Source of the DNA: Squalus acanthias
Lineage: Eukaryota
Assembly (NCBI GenBank): GCA_030390025.1
Contig: JASTWF010000180.1
Location: forward strand, 744,001-808,000
Length of the DNA: 64,000 nucleotides
Reading direction: 5' to 3'
The notes beneath the pieces were generated by a model that was given only the letters and a program-made list of their open reading frames with translations, was not told the DNA's origin and did no database searches. The stretch's first letter is position 1; each line of letters starts with the position of its first letter. The position numbers and the translations under genes were made by a program. Of this stretch, positions 44,025-56,149 are shown in pieces.

Positions 44025-46190
44025 GAATCATAGAAATTTACAGCACAGAAGGAGGCCATTCAGTCCATCGTGTCCGCGCTGGCCGTAAAAGAGCTCTCCA
44101 GCCTAATCCCACTTTCCAGCTCTTGGTCCGTAGCCCTGCAGTTTACGACACCACAAGTGCATATCCAAGTACTTTTTAAATGTGATGAGGGTCTCTGCCT
44201 CTACCACCCTTTCAGGCAGTGAGTTCCAGACCCTCACCACCAACATTTAATGTGTATTCCCTTTCCTTGTTAGCCCTCCCCAAATGCAACACCTCACACT
44301 TCTCCGGATTGAATTCTATTTGCCACTTTTCTGCCCACCTGGCTAGTCCATTGAAAAAAGTTCCCCTCAACTCTCCACTAATCCTTCCACCAATTACTGT
44401 AAATCTTTGCCCCCTGGTTATTGACCGCTCTGGTAGGGGAAATAGGTCCTTCCTATCCACTCTATCTAGGTCCCTCATAATTTTATACACCTCAATTAGG
44501 TCTCCCCTCAGCCTCCTTACTTAAGGAAAGACATCCTTGCTCTCGAGGCAGTGCAAAAAAGGTTCACTCGGTTAATCCCGGGGATGAGGGGGTGGTCATA
44601 TGAGGAGAGGTTGGGTAGATTGGGATTCTACTCATTGGAGTTCAGAAGAATGAGAGGCGATCTTATTGAAACATATAAGATTGTGAAGGGGTTGGATCGG
44701 GTGGATGTGGGGAGGATGTTCCCGATGACGGGTGAGACTAGAACTAGGGGACATAGTCTTAGAATAAGGGGCTGCTCTTTCAAAACTGAGATGAGGAGGA
44801 ACTACTTCACTCAGAGGGTGGTAGGTCCATGGAATATGCTGCCACAAAAAGCTGTAGAAGCTACATCATTAAATAAATTTAAAACAGAAATAGACAGTTT
44901 CCTAGAAGTAAAGGGCATTAAGGGTTACGGGGAGCGGGCAGGAATTTGGACATGAGTCTAGGTTCGGATCGGTCATGGCCCTGTGGGTAGTGGAGCGGGC
45001 CCAGGGACCGTGTAGCCTGATTCTGCTCCTATTTCGTGTGTGCAATTCTGTTAGATGCAGGAGATGGTTCTGTGATAGATAGTAGATTGGCGGTTAGGAT
45101 CAGATCAGCCATGATCTTATTGAATGGCGGAGCAGGCTCGAGGGGCCGATTGGCCTACTCCTGCTCCTATTTCTTATGTTCTTATGTTCTTATGTTCTCC
45201 TCTGTTCCTAAGAAAACAACCCCAGCCTATCCAGTCTTTCCTCATAGCTAAAATTCCCCAGCCCAGGCAACATCCTGGTAAATCTCCTCTGTACCCCCTC
45301 TAGTGCAATCACATCCTTTCTATAATGTGGTGACCAGAACTGTATGCAGTATTCTAGCTGAGGCCTAACTAGTGTTTTACATAGTTCTGGCATAACCCCT
45401 CTGCTCTCATATTCTATGACTCAGCTAATAAAGGAAAGTATCCTGTATGCTTTCTTAACTGCCTTATCTACCTGTCCTGCTACCTTCAGGGATCTGTGGA
45501 TATGCACTCCAAGGTCCCTCTGTTTCACTACATTTTTCAGAATCCTACATTTATTGTGTATTGTGCCTTGTTAGCCAACCCCAAATGCAGTACCTCCCGC
45601 TTCTCCAGATTGAATTCCATTTGCCACTTTTCTGCCCACCTGACCAGTCCATTGATATCTTCCTGCAGTCTACAGCCATCTTCCTCACTATCAACCACAC
45701 TGCCAATTTTTGTATCATCTGCAAAATTCTTACTTACCCCCTACATTGAAGTCTAAATCACTGATACCACGAAAAGCAAGGGACCTAGTACTGAGCCCTG
45801 TGGAACCCCACTGGAAACAGCCTTCCAGTTACTAAATCACCCATCGACCATTACCCTCTGCTTCCTGCCACTGAGTCAATTTTGGATCCAACTTGCCACT
45901 TTCCTTTGGATCCCATGGGCTTTTACTTTTTTGCCCAGTCTGCCATTTGGGACCTTGTCAAAGACCTTGCTAAAATCCATGTAGACTACATCAAACACAC
46001 TACCCTCATTGACCCTCCTCGTTACCTCCTCAAAAAATTCAATCAAGTTAGTCAGACACGACCTTCCCTCAACAAATCCATGCTGACTGTCCTTGATTAA
46101 TCTGTGTCTTTCTAATGACGATTAATACTGTCCCGCAGAATTTTTCCAATAATTTGCCCACCACCGAAGTTAGGCTGACTGACCTGTAAA
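44025..46190. mobile_element. Nested CR1s: minus-strand CR1 interrupted by a plus-strand CR1 (~44515-45195)
   Basis: Minus ORFs WQIEFNPEKC and LVRPQLEYCIQFWSP. Plus ORF 44551-44955 with a (TTCTTATG)n tail. Confidence 0.85.
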
Positions 46191-46384
46191 ATGACCGGTA
46201 ATGGATCGGACGCCCGTTATACGCAGGGCCTGATATTCAGTTGCATTGATCCGATAACGCCCATTAAGCGCCGCCATCCGAGATGAATGTCTAGCCCAGT
46301 GACTATTAAAGAAGGCCTGATTAAGTCTGTTCACTGTACGATTATTTTCGATGCTAATTGATGAAGCAGTCCATGCCCGCATGA

Positions 46385-46820
46385 AAAAAAAGAAAGACTT
46401 GCATTTATATAGCGCCTTTCACGACCACCGGACGTCTCAAAGTACTTTTGAAGTGGAGTCACTGTTGTAATGTGGGAAACACGGCAGCCAATTTGCGCAC
46501 AGCAAGCTCCCACAAACAGCAATGTGATGATGACCAGATAATCTACTTTTATTATGATGCTTGAGGGATAAATATTGGCCGGGACACCAGGGATAACTCC
46601 CCTGCTCCTCTTCGAAATAGTGCCATGGGATCTTTTACATCCACCTGAGAGAGCAGACAGGGCCTCGGTTTAACGTCTCATCCAAAAGACGGCACACTCC
46701 GACAGTGCAGCACTGGTGTGTCAACTTAGCTTTATGTGCTAAAGTTTCTGGAGTGGGACTTGAACCCACAACCTTCTGACTCAGAGGCAGGCGTGCTACC
46801 AACTGAGCCACAGCTGACAC
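46385..46820 (-). mobile_element. Deu-domain SINE (SacSINE1/AmnSINE1-like)
   Basis: tRNA-like head (…GGTTCAAGTCCCACTCCAG), Deu-like core (GATGAGACGTTAAACCGAGGCCC…AAAAGATCCCATGGCACTATTT) and tail AAAGGCGCTATATAAATGCAAG. Family recognised from memory. Confidence 0.8.
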
Positions 46821-46824
46821 CTCG

Positions 46825-47640
46825 ACGATGTCAGGCTTGGGCTGATAAGCGGCAGGTAACATTCGCACCACACAAGTGCCAGGCAATGACTATCTCCAAC
46901 AAGCGAGTGTCTAACCACCTGCCCCTTGATATTAAACGGCATTACCATTGCCGAATCCCCCACCAGCAACATCCTGGGGGTCACCATTGACCAGAAACTT
47001 AACTGGACCAGCCACATAAATACTGTGGCTACAAGAGCAGGTCAGAGGCTGGGTATTCTGCGGCGAGTGTCTCACCTCCTGACTGCCCAAAGCCTTTCCA
47101 CCATCTACAAGTCACAAATAAGGAGTGTGATGGAATACTCTCCACTTGCCTGGATGAGTGCAGCTCCAACAACACTCAAGAAGCTCAACACCATCAGGAC
47201 AAAGCAGCCCGCTTGATTGGCACCCCATCCACCACCTTAAACATTCACTCCCTCCACCACCGGCGCACCGTGGCTGCAGTGTGTACCATCTACAAGATGC
47301 ACTGCAGCAACTCACCAAGGCTTCTTCGGCAGCACCTCCCAAACCCGCGACCTCTTCCACCTAGAAGGACAAGGGCAGCAGGCGCATGGGAACACCACCA
47401 CCTCCAAGTTCCCCTCCAAGTCACACACCATCCTGACTTGGAAATATATCGCCGTTCCTTCATCGTCGCTGGGTCAAAATCCTGGAACACCCTCCCTAAC
47501 AGTACTGTGGGAGTACCATCACCACACGGACTGCAGCGGTTCAAGAAGGCGGCTCACCACCACCTTCTCAAGGGCAATTAGGGATGGGCAATAAATGCTG
47601 GCCTTGCCAGCGACGCCCACATCCCAGGAACAAATTTTTA
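46825..47640 (+). mobile_element. Second LINE family, longer 3' fragment
   Basis: ORFs ILGVTIDQKLNWTSHI…IYKSQIRSVMEYSPLAW…KSWNTLP. Confidence 0.88.
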
Positions 47641-47824
47641 AAAACTGCTGACTCTGGACTGTACGTGTGCAACGTCACAGGAGGTTGACTATTTTGGACA
47701 AGTTTTGAAAAATTGGACGCATGTTTAATTCATTTAGGCAGATCCAGGTCTCATCCCACTCTCCTGCCGCTTCCCGCGCATGAGCCCACGACACTATGTT
47801 GCCCTTAATTAGGAACATAGGACC

Positions 47825-48350
47825 ATCTAAGGAAGGATATACTTGCCTTGGAGGCGGTGCAACGAAGGTTCACTGGATTGATTCCTGGGATGAGAGGGCT
47901 ATCCTATGATGAGAGATTGTGTAGAATGGGCCTACACTCTCTGGAGTTTAGAAGAATGAGAGGTGATCTCATTGAAACATATAAGATTCTGAGGGGGATT
48001 GACAGGGTGATGCTGAGAGGTTGTTTGCCCTGGATGGAGAGTCTAGAACCAGGGGGCATAGTCTCAGGATAAGGGGTCGGCCATTTAAGACTGAGATGAG
48101 GAGGAATTTCTTCACTCAGAGGGTTGTGAATCTTTGGAATTGTCTACCCCAGAGGGCTGTGGATGTTGAATCGTTGAGTATATTCAAGGCTGAGATAGAT
48201 AGATTGTTGGACTCTAGGGGAAACAAGGGATATGGCGATCGGGCGGGACAGTGGAGTTAAGGTCGAAGATCAGCCATGATCTTATTGAATGGCGGAGCAG
48301 GCTCGAGGGGCAGTATGGCCCACTCCTGCTCCTAATTCTTATGTTCTTAT
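47825..48350 (+). mobile_element. CR1 3' fragment
   Basis: VQRRFTGLIPG…RTRGHSLRIRG…FFTQRVVNLWN. Confidence 0.88.
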
Positions 48351-48489
48351 AGGAACAGGAGTAGGCCATTCATCCCCTAGAGCCTGTTCCGCCATTCAAT
48401 TAGACCATGGCTGATCTGTATCTTAACTCCATCTGCCCGCCTTGGTTCCATAACCCTTAATACCATTACCCAAGAAACATCTATCAATG

Positions 48490-49055
48490 CAAAGGGAAAA
48501 TAATGCGGATGCTGGCAATCTGAAATGTCAACAGGAAGTGCGAGAAACACCCAGCAAGTCAGGCAGCATCTGCGGAGAGAGAAACAGGTCCGTCACCTTT
48601 GATCAGAACTAGAAAATGTTACAGACATAACAGGTTTTAAGCAAGTACAGAGGCAGGGAAAAGGGGGAGGGCAGGAAAGAACAAAGAAGGTCTGTGATAG
48701 GATGGAAGGCAGGAGAGATTAAATGACAAAAGGGACGATGGTGCGAGGCAAAAAGGGGATGGTAACGGGACAAGTAAAGAACCAAAAGATGGGTGTAGAG
48801 GAGGTGTAAATGGCAACAGCAGCATCATTACCAGGTTTCCAAAAAAAGTGGAGCAGTGGTTATGATCTGAAATTGTTGAACTCGATGTTGAGGCTGTAAA
48901 GTGCCACATCGAAAGATGAGGTGCTGTTCCTCGAGCTTACATTGAGCTTCATTGGAACACTGTAAGAGGCCGAGGACAGAGAGGTCAGGATGGGAGTGGG
49001 GCGGAGAATTAACATGGCAAGCGACCGGAAGCTCAGGGCCACACTTGCGGATTGA
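48490..49055 (-). mobile_element. Penelope-like 3' fragment
   Basis: pLTR tail plus …NIEFNNFRS coding end, as at 27966-28700. Confidence 0.82.
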
Positions 49056-49479
49056 ATCTCAGTTTTGAAATTTTCAGTTGACCGCCAGCTAGTCCGGTAC
49101 CATGACCACTCGGCTGCCATTACCCTGGTACGTACCATTTTGGTGAATTGCACAAGCATTCAAGATATTAATTTCCGGGTCCAATTGTAACTCGTGGATA
49201 CATTTTCCTTTTAATCGTTGTCCAAACGTTGATCTGTACATTTCTTATTTACGTAACTTGATTTGACTCATGCAATTGGCATATATTAAAAAATACACCC
49301 GGGCTACTAGATTAACACTCGTGTATCTGCTACAGTCACCCAGACACACTTCTTCAACATGCATATTTTATTGCCTTTCAATCGAGAACTAGAACTAAAA
49401 ATGTTTATTTTTTCATGGCTCACCCCCTGCGTTTCTCAGTCGCATACACCTTGGGGGAGAGGATGTGATTGGTCATTTG

Positions 49480-50500
49480 GCAGCCATGGCTCAGTCAGTG
49501 TCACACTCGCCTCTGACTCCCAAAGCCTTTCCACCATCTACAAGGCACAAGTCAGGAGTGTGATGGAATACTCTCCACTTGCCTGGATGAGTGCAGCTCC
49601 AACAACACTCAAAAAGCTCGACACCATCCAGGACAAAGCAGCCCGCTTGATCAGCACCCCATCCACCACCTTAAACATTCACTCCCTCCACCACCGGCGT
49701 ACCGTGGCTGCAGTGTGTACCATCTACAAGATGCACTGCAGCAACTCACCAAGGCTTCTTCGGCAGCACCTCCCAAACCCGCGACCTCTTCCACCTAGAA
49801 GGACAAGGGCAGCAGGCGCATGGGAACACCACCACCTCCAAGTTCCCCTCCAAGTCACACACCATCCTGACTTAGAAGTATATCGCCGTTCCTTCATCGT
49901 CGCTGGGTCAAAATCCTGGAACTCCCTCCCTAACAGCACAGTGGGAGTACCTTCACCACACGGACTGCAGCGGTTCAAGAAGGCGGCTCACCACCACCTT
50001 CTCAAGGGCAACTGGGGATGGGCAATAAATGTTGGCATTACCAGCGACGCCCAGATCCCATAAACGAATTAAAAAAAAGGTTGTGGGTTCATACTCCCAC
50101 TCCAGAGACTTGAGCACAAAAATCTAGGCTGACACTCCAGTGCAGTGCTGAGGGAGTGCTGCGCTGTCGGAGGTGCCGTCTTTCGGATGAGACGTTAAAC
50201 CGAGGCCCCGTCTGCTTCCTCAGGTGGGACGTAAAAGATCCCATGGCCACTATTTTGAAGAAGAACAGAGGGAGTTATCCCCGGTGTCCCGGCCAATATT
50301 TATCCCTCAACCAACATAAACAAAACAGACTATCTGGTCATTATCACATTGCTGTTAGTGGGAGCTTGCTGTGCGCAAACTGGCTGCCGTGTTTCCTACA
50401 TTACAACAGTGACTCCACTTCAAAAAATCTTAATTGCCTGTAAAGCGCTTTGAGACGTCCTGAGGTCATGAAAGGCGCTATATAAATGCAAATCTTTCTT
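49480..50500 (+). mobile_element. Deu-domain SINE interrupted by a second-family LINE fragment (~49515-50077)
   Basis: SINE head GGCTCAG…CACTCGCCTCTGA breaks at ~49515 and resumes at AAGGTTGTGGGTTC after the LINE A-tail. Confidence 0.82.
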
Positions 50501-51029
50501 TTTTTAATTTCTGGGTCAAATTGAAGGAATGAATAAACCCAGGTAGGAGTCTACGGCCACACACAACCAGAAAGATCTGCAATAGTCTAAGGCGCAGTTG
50601 GCGATTGACCAATCGCTCTGGCTCATTAATAAAGCCTAGCAGGTTAGGCCTATTTTAGGCCGCTCCAGATGTGATCTGACCAAGGTGTTACATAAATTCA
50701 GCAATATCTGCTGCATCTGCATTCTATCCATCTAGAAGTAAACCCCAGTACCTTGATCTCAGTCTGTCTCGCCTTATCAACTTTTATTGCTCCTTTTACT
50801 GATTTCTGCACTCCAGATCTCTTTGCACCTCTGTCCGCTTCAGGTCCTTATCTTAAGAGGCTTCCTTATTCCTCCTACCAGAATACAATAAAAATGTCCT
50901 GTCTCTCGTCCCTTCATATTCTTACTTTTCTATTTTATCTTAGAATTTTTCTAATTTGAAAGGGGGTGCAAGAACAGAGAGAACTGATGGTGTACGTACG
51001 CAAGCCTTTGAATCTGACAGGACAAGTTG

Positions 51030-53890
51030 AAACATAGAAACATAGAGAAATAGGAGCAGGAGTTGGCCATTCGGCCCTTCGAGCCTGCTCTGCCATTCAA
51101 TATGATCATGGCTGATCCTCTATCTCAATACCACATTGCCGCTCTCTCCCCATACCCCTTGATACCTTTTGTGTCTAGAAATCTAACTCTCTCCTTCTTA
51201 AATATATTCAGTGACTTGGCCTCCACAGCCTTCTGTGGTAGAGAATTCACAGGTTCACCACCCTCTGAGTGAAGAAATTTCTCCTCATCTCAGTCCTAAA
51301 TGTCCTACCCCGTATCCTGAGACTGGGACCCCTCATTCTGGACCCCCTCAGCCAGGGGAAACATCCTCCCTGCATCCAGTCTGTCTAGTCCTGTCAGAAT
51401 TGTATACGTTTCAATGAGATCCCCTCTCATTCTTCTAAACTCTAGTGAATACAGGCCTAGTCGACCCAATCTCTCCTCATACGACAGTCCTGCCATCCCA
51501 GGAATCAGTCTGGTGAACCTTCGCTGCACTCCCTCTACGGCAAGTACATCCTTTCTTAGGTAAGGAGACCAAAACTGCACACAGTACTCCAGGTGTGGTC
51601 TCACCAAGGCCCTGTATAACTGTAGTAAGACATCCTTGCTCCTGCACTCAAATCCTCTTGCAATGAAGGCCAACATATCATTTGCCTTCCTTGAGAAGGT
51701 TGTTACAAAGGCATACGGGATCCTTGGCTTTATAAATCAAGGCATAGAGTGCAAAAGCAAGGAATTTATGCTAAACATTTATAAGACACTGGTTAGGCCC
51801 CAGCTGGAGTATTGTATCCAATTCTGCGCACTACACTTTAGGAAGGATGTCAAGGCCTTGGAGAGGTTTTTTATTTATTCGTTCCTGGGATGTGGGCATC
51901 GCTGGCAAGGCCAGCATTTATTGCCCATTCCTAGTTGCCCTTGAGAAGGTGGTGGTGAGCTGCCTTCTTGAACCGCTGCAGTCCGTGTGGTGAAGGTGCT
52001 CCCACAGTGCTGTTAGGGAGGGAGTTCCAGGATTTTGACCCAGCGACGATGAAGGATCGGCGATATACTTCCAAGTCAGGATGGTGTGTGTGACTTGGAG
52101 GGGAACTTGGAGGTGGTGGTTTTCCCATGCACCTGCTGCCCTTGTCCTTCTAGGTGGAAGAGGTCGAGGGTTTGGGAGGTGCTGTCGAAGAAACCTTGGC
52201 GAGTTGCTGCAGTGCATCTTGTAGATGGTACACACTGCAGCCACGGTACGCCGGTGGTGGAGGGAGTGAATGTTTAAGGTGGTGGATGAGGTGCCAATCA
52301 AGCGGGTTGCTTTGTCCTGGATGGTGTCGAGCTTCTTGAGTGTTGTTGGAGCTGCACTCATCTAAACAAGTGGAGAGTATTCCATCACACTCCTGACTTG
52401 TGCCTTGTAGATGGTGGAAAGGCTTTGGCCAGTCAGGAGGTGAGACACTCGCCGCAGAATAACTAGCCTCTGATGCAGAAGAGACTTGCTAGAATGGTAC
52501 CAGGGATGAAGGACTTCAGTTATGTGGAGAGACTAGAGAAGCTGGGTGTGTTCTCCTTAGAGCAGAGAAAGTTTAGCGAGATTTGATAGAGGTGTTCAAT
52601 ATCATGAATGGTTCTGATAGACTAAATAAGGAAAAAAAATTCCACTGTCAAAAGGGTTGATAAGCAGAAGACACAGATTAATGTGATTGGCAAAAGAACC
52701 AGAGGCGACATGAGGAAACTTTATTTTACGCAGCGAGTTGTTGTGATCTGGAATGCGCTGCCTGAAAGGGCGATGGAAGCAGATTCAATAATAACTTTCA
52801 AAAGAGAATTGGATAACTACCTGAAGTGGAATTATTTGCAGAGCTATGGGGAAAGAGCAGTGGAGAGTGGGACTAATCGGATCGCTCTTTCAAAGAGCCG
52901 GCACAGGCACGATGGGCCGAATGGCCTCCTTCTGTGCTGTATCATTCAATGATTCTATGATTCTATGATCATCATAACCATCATCATCACCGTCACATCA
53001 TCATCACCATCAGCATCCTCAAATAAATGAGGATTATCCAACTATTACATAACTAATAAACCCGCGACCTCTACCAGCTAGAAGGACAAGGGCAGCAGGC
53101 GCACGACAACAACACCACCTCCAAGTTCCCCATCAATCACACACCATCCTGACGTGGAAACATACACAGGATTACATCGGATATATGGCACAGAAACAGG
53201 CCATTCGGCCCAACCAGTCCATGCTGGCGTTTATGCTCCACTCGAGCCTCCTCCCGTCTTTCCTCATCTAAATCTATCAGCATAACCCTCGATTCCCTTC
53301 TCCCTCATATGCTTGTCTAGCCTCCCCTTAAACACTATTCGCTTCAACCACTCCCTGTGGTAGCGAGTTCCACATTCTCACCACTCTCTGGGTAAAGAAG
53401 TTTCTTCTGAATTCCCTATTGGATTTCTTGGTGACTATCTTATCTTGAAGGCCTCTAGTTATGCTCTTCCCCACAAGTGGAAACATTCTCTCTGTATCCA
53501 CTCTATCAAAACCTTTCATAATTTTAAAGACCTCTATTAGGTCACCCCTCAGCCTTCTTTTTTCAAGAGAAAAGAGTCCCAGCCTGTTCATGCTTTCCTG
53601 ATATGTATACCCTCGCATTTCTGGTATCATCCTTGTAAATCTTCTCTGCACCCTCTCCAGTGCCTCTATATTCTTTTTATAATATGGCGACCAGAACTGG
53701 ACGCAGTTGTATCAGCCGTTTCTTCATCGTCGCTGGGTCAGAATCCTGGAACTCCCTCCCTAACAGCACTGTGGGAGGACCTTCACCACACGGACTGCAG
53801 TGGTTCAAGGAGGCAGCTCACCACCACCTTCTCAAGGGCAATTAGGGATGGCCAATAAATGCTGGCCCTGCCAGCAATGCCCACACTTCA
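51030..53890. mobile_element. LINE cluster: CR1 (-) 51030-51690; CR1 (+) 51690-52970 split by a second-family LINE (-) 51867-52472; CR1 (-) 53160-53705; LINE tail to ~53890
   Basis: ORF-track motifs [27 protein letters not shown] and FFTQRVVRMWNSLP. Confidence 0.85.
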
Positions 53891-54117
53891 AATAAATCAA
53901 TTAAAAAATCAGTAAGGAAACAAAACTGACAACTCCACAACCCCTTCTGCACATTTCATGCCAGGCCCGCCATAGAGTTGCGTTTCTTGAAAATACCAGG
54001 GCAAAGGGGAATCTGATGTCCATTAATTGATACTTGGTTCTTCAATTACTTAACAGAGTAAATCGGCGGCAGCCTACAGACTCTGGAGGTGTTGGCCTTG
54101 GTATTATTATTACTGCA

Positions 54118-55490
54118 GTGTCAGCTGTGACTCAGTGGGCAGTACACTCGCCTCTGAGTCAGAAGGTTGTGGGTTCAAGTCGCACTCCAGGGGCTTGCGC
54201 ACATAAAGCTCGGCTGACACTCCGGGGGAGTGCTGCACTGTTGGAGGTGCCGTCTTTCGGATGAGACGCTAAACGAGGCCTCGTCTGCTCTCTCGGATGG
54301 ACGCAAAAGATCCCATGGCCACTATTTCGAAGAAGAGTAGGGGAGTTATCCCCGGGGCCAATATTTATCCCTCAACCAACATAACAGAAACAGATTATCT
54401 GGTCATTATCACATTGCTGTTTGTGGGAGCTTGCTGTGCACAAATTGGCTTCCGTGTTTCCTACATTACAACAGTGACAACACTTCAAAAGTACTTAATT
54501 GGCTGTAAAGTGCTTTGAGTCACTGAAAGGGACCTGGGTGTCCTTGTCCATGAGTCACTGAAAGGGACCTGGGTGTCCTTGTCCATGAGTCACTGAAAGG
54601 GACCTGGGTGTCCTTGTACTTGAGGGTGTCCTTGTCCATGAGTCACTGAAAGGGACCTGGGTGTCCTTGTACATGAGTCACTGAAAGGGACCTGGGTGTC
54701 CTTGTACATGAGGGTGTCCTTGTCCATGAGTCACTGAAAGGGACCTGGGTGTCCTTGTACATGAGTCACTGAAAGTGAATGTGCAGGTGCAGCAAGCCAT
54801 TAGGAAGGCAAATGGTATGCTGGCCTTCATTACAAGAGGATTTAAGTACAGGAGTAAAGAAGTCTTACTCCAATTATATAGGGCCTTGGTGAGACCACAC
54901 CTGGAGTACTGTGTACAATTTTGGTCTCCTTACCTGAGGAAGGATATACTTGCCATAGAGGGAGTGTAACAAAGGTTCATGAGATTGATTCCTGGGATGG
55001 CGGGACTGTCGTATGAGAAGAGATTGAGTAAACTAGACCTGTATTCTCATGAATTCAGAAGAATGAGAGGGGATCTCATTGAAGCATACAAAATTATTAC
55101 AGGGCTTGATAGGATGGACGCTGGGAGAATGTTTCCCTTGGCTGGGGAGTCTCGAACCAGAGGCCACAGCCTCAGGATAAAGGGTAGGACATTCAGGACT
55201 GAGATGAGAAGAAATTTCTTCACACAGAGGGTGGTGAATCTTCGGAATTCTCTACCCCAGAGGGCTGTGGAGGCTCAGTCATTGGGTATATTCAAAACAG
55301 AAGTCGATAGATTTCTGACTAGTAAGGGCATCAAGGGATATGGCGATAGGGCCGGTGAATGGCGTTGAGGCAGAAGATCAGCCATGATCTCATTGAATGG
55401 CGGAGCAGGCTGGAAGGGCCGAATGGCCTACTCCTGCTCCTATTTCTTAGACGTCCGGTGGTCGTGAAAGGCGCTATATAAATGCAAGAC
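54118..55490 (+). mobile_element. Deu-domain SINE (54118-54518; tail resumes 55449-55490) interrupted by a CR1 fragment (to ~55448)
   Basis: SINE tail …GCTTTGAG|ACGTCC… is split. CR1 ORFs at 54775-55368. Confidence 0.82.
54516..54775 (+). repeat. 35-bp tandem repeat derived from the CR1 5' truncation end
   Basis: Unit GAGTCACTGAAAGGGACCTGGGTGTCCTTGTCCAT, ~6 full copies plus two partial ones. Confidence 0.92.
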
Positions 55491-55639
55491 TTCCTTCTCT
55501 TTTTTACCATTAAATTAGGTGATGGATTGTTTCAGAAAAACGTGGTGATAAAAAATGTTTCCATTATTATCTATTTGCTGTTGGTGAACCGGATTCGCTG
55601 CAAGCCCAGTGATCTCTGTTGCTTCTGCTGATGTTTGCG

Positions 55640-55980
55640 AATCTATTGTTCTCTCAAGTAGGTCAGGCAATCTGCAACTTGCTGCTCGGCGATGGATGCG
55701 ACTTTGACCCATTTAGACATGTGTTTGCAGGATGTGGGAGGAGGAAGCGGGGCCGGAGGACAATGGAAACTTAAACGCAATTGTGTGTGTGTGTGTTTTT
55801 TCCGACGGTAAAAGTAGGTCAGGGAGAGAAGAAGGCGGAGTCACAGGTGTTATTGACACTCGCGCGGAAATGGAAACTCTGAAGCAATACCTCCCCCTCC
55901 AAGACAGTATTTGATGTGGGGGGGGATTTTTTTTTCCGACGGGTTGCAAAGGCTGAGATCTCCTCAGCTGCGAATACGCA
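55640..55980. promoter_or_regulatory. Candidate TCR alpha 3' enhancer
   Basis: Non-repetitive island with ETS-RUNX composite CAGGATGTGG (55728-55737), three RORE-like sites, GAGGAAG, E-boxes and GGAAA pairs. Motif-based inference only. Confidence 0.5.
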
Positions 55981-56149
55981 AACGGAATTCAGTTACACCG
56001 CAAGAAGGCGGCTTGCAACTTGCAAAAGGTGCAAAAACGCCCCAATTCAACATCAAGTGCATCTCTCAGAACTCTTCTCTTTCATGAAGTTTTAAATCAT
56101 TAAGTTGCAGCCAATAACTATTCCATTGAACACTGCACAACAACTTGCA

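Noticed and set aside
49359-50063. 234-aa ORF as a host gene
   Set aside because: It is a chance fusion of unique sequence, a SINE head and a multi-copy LINE 3' end.
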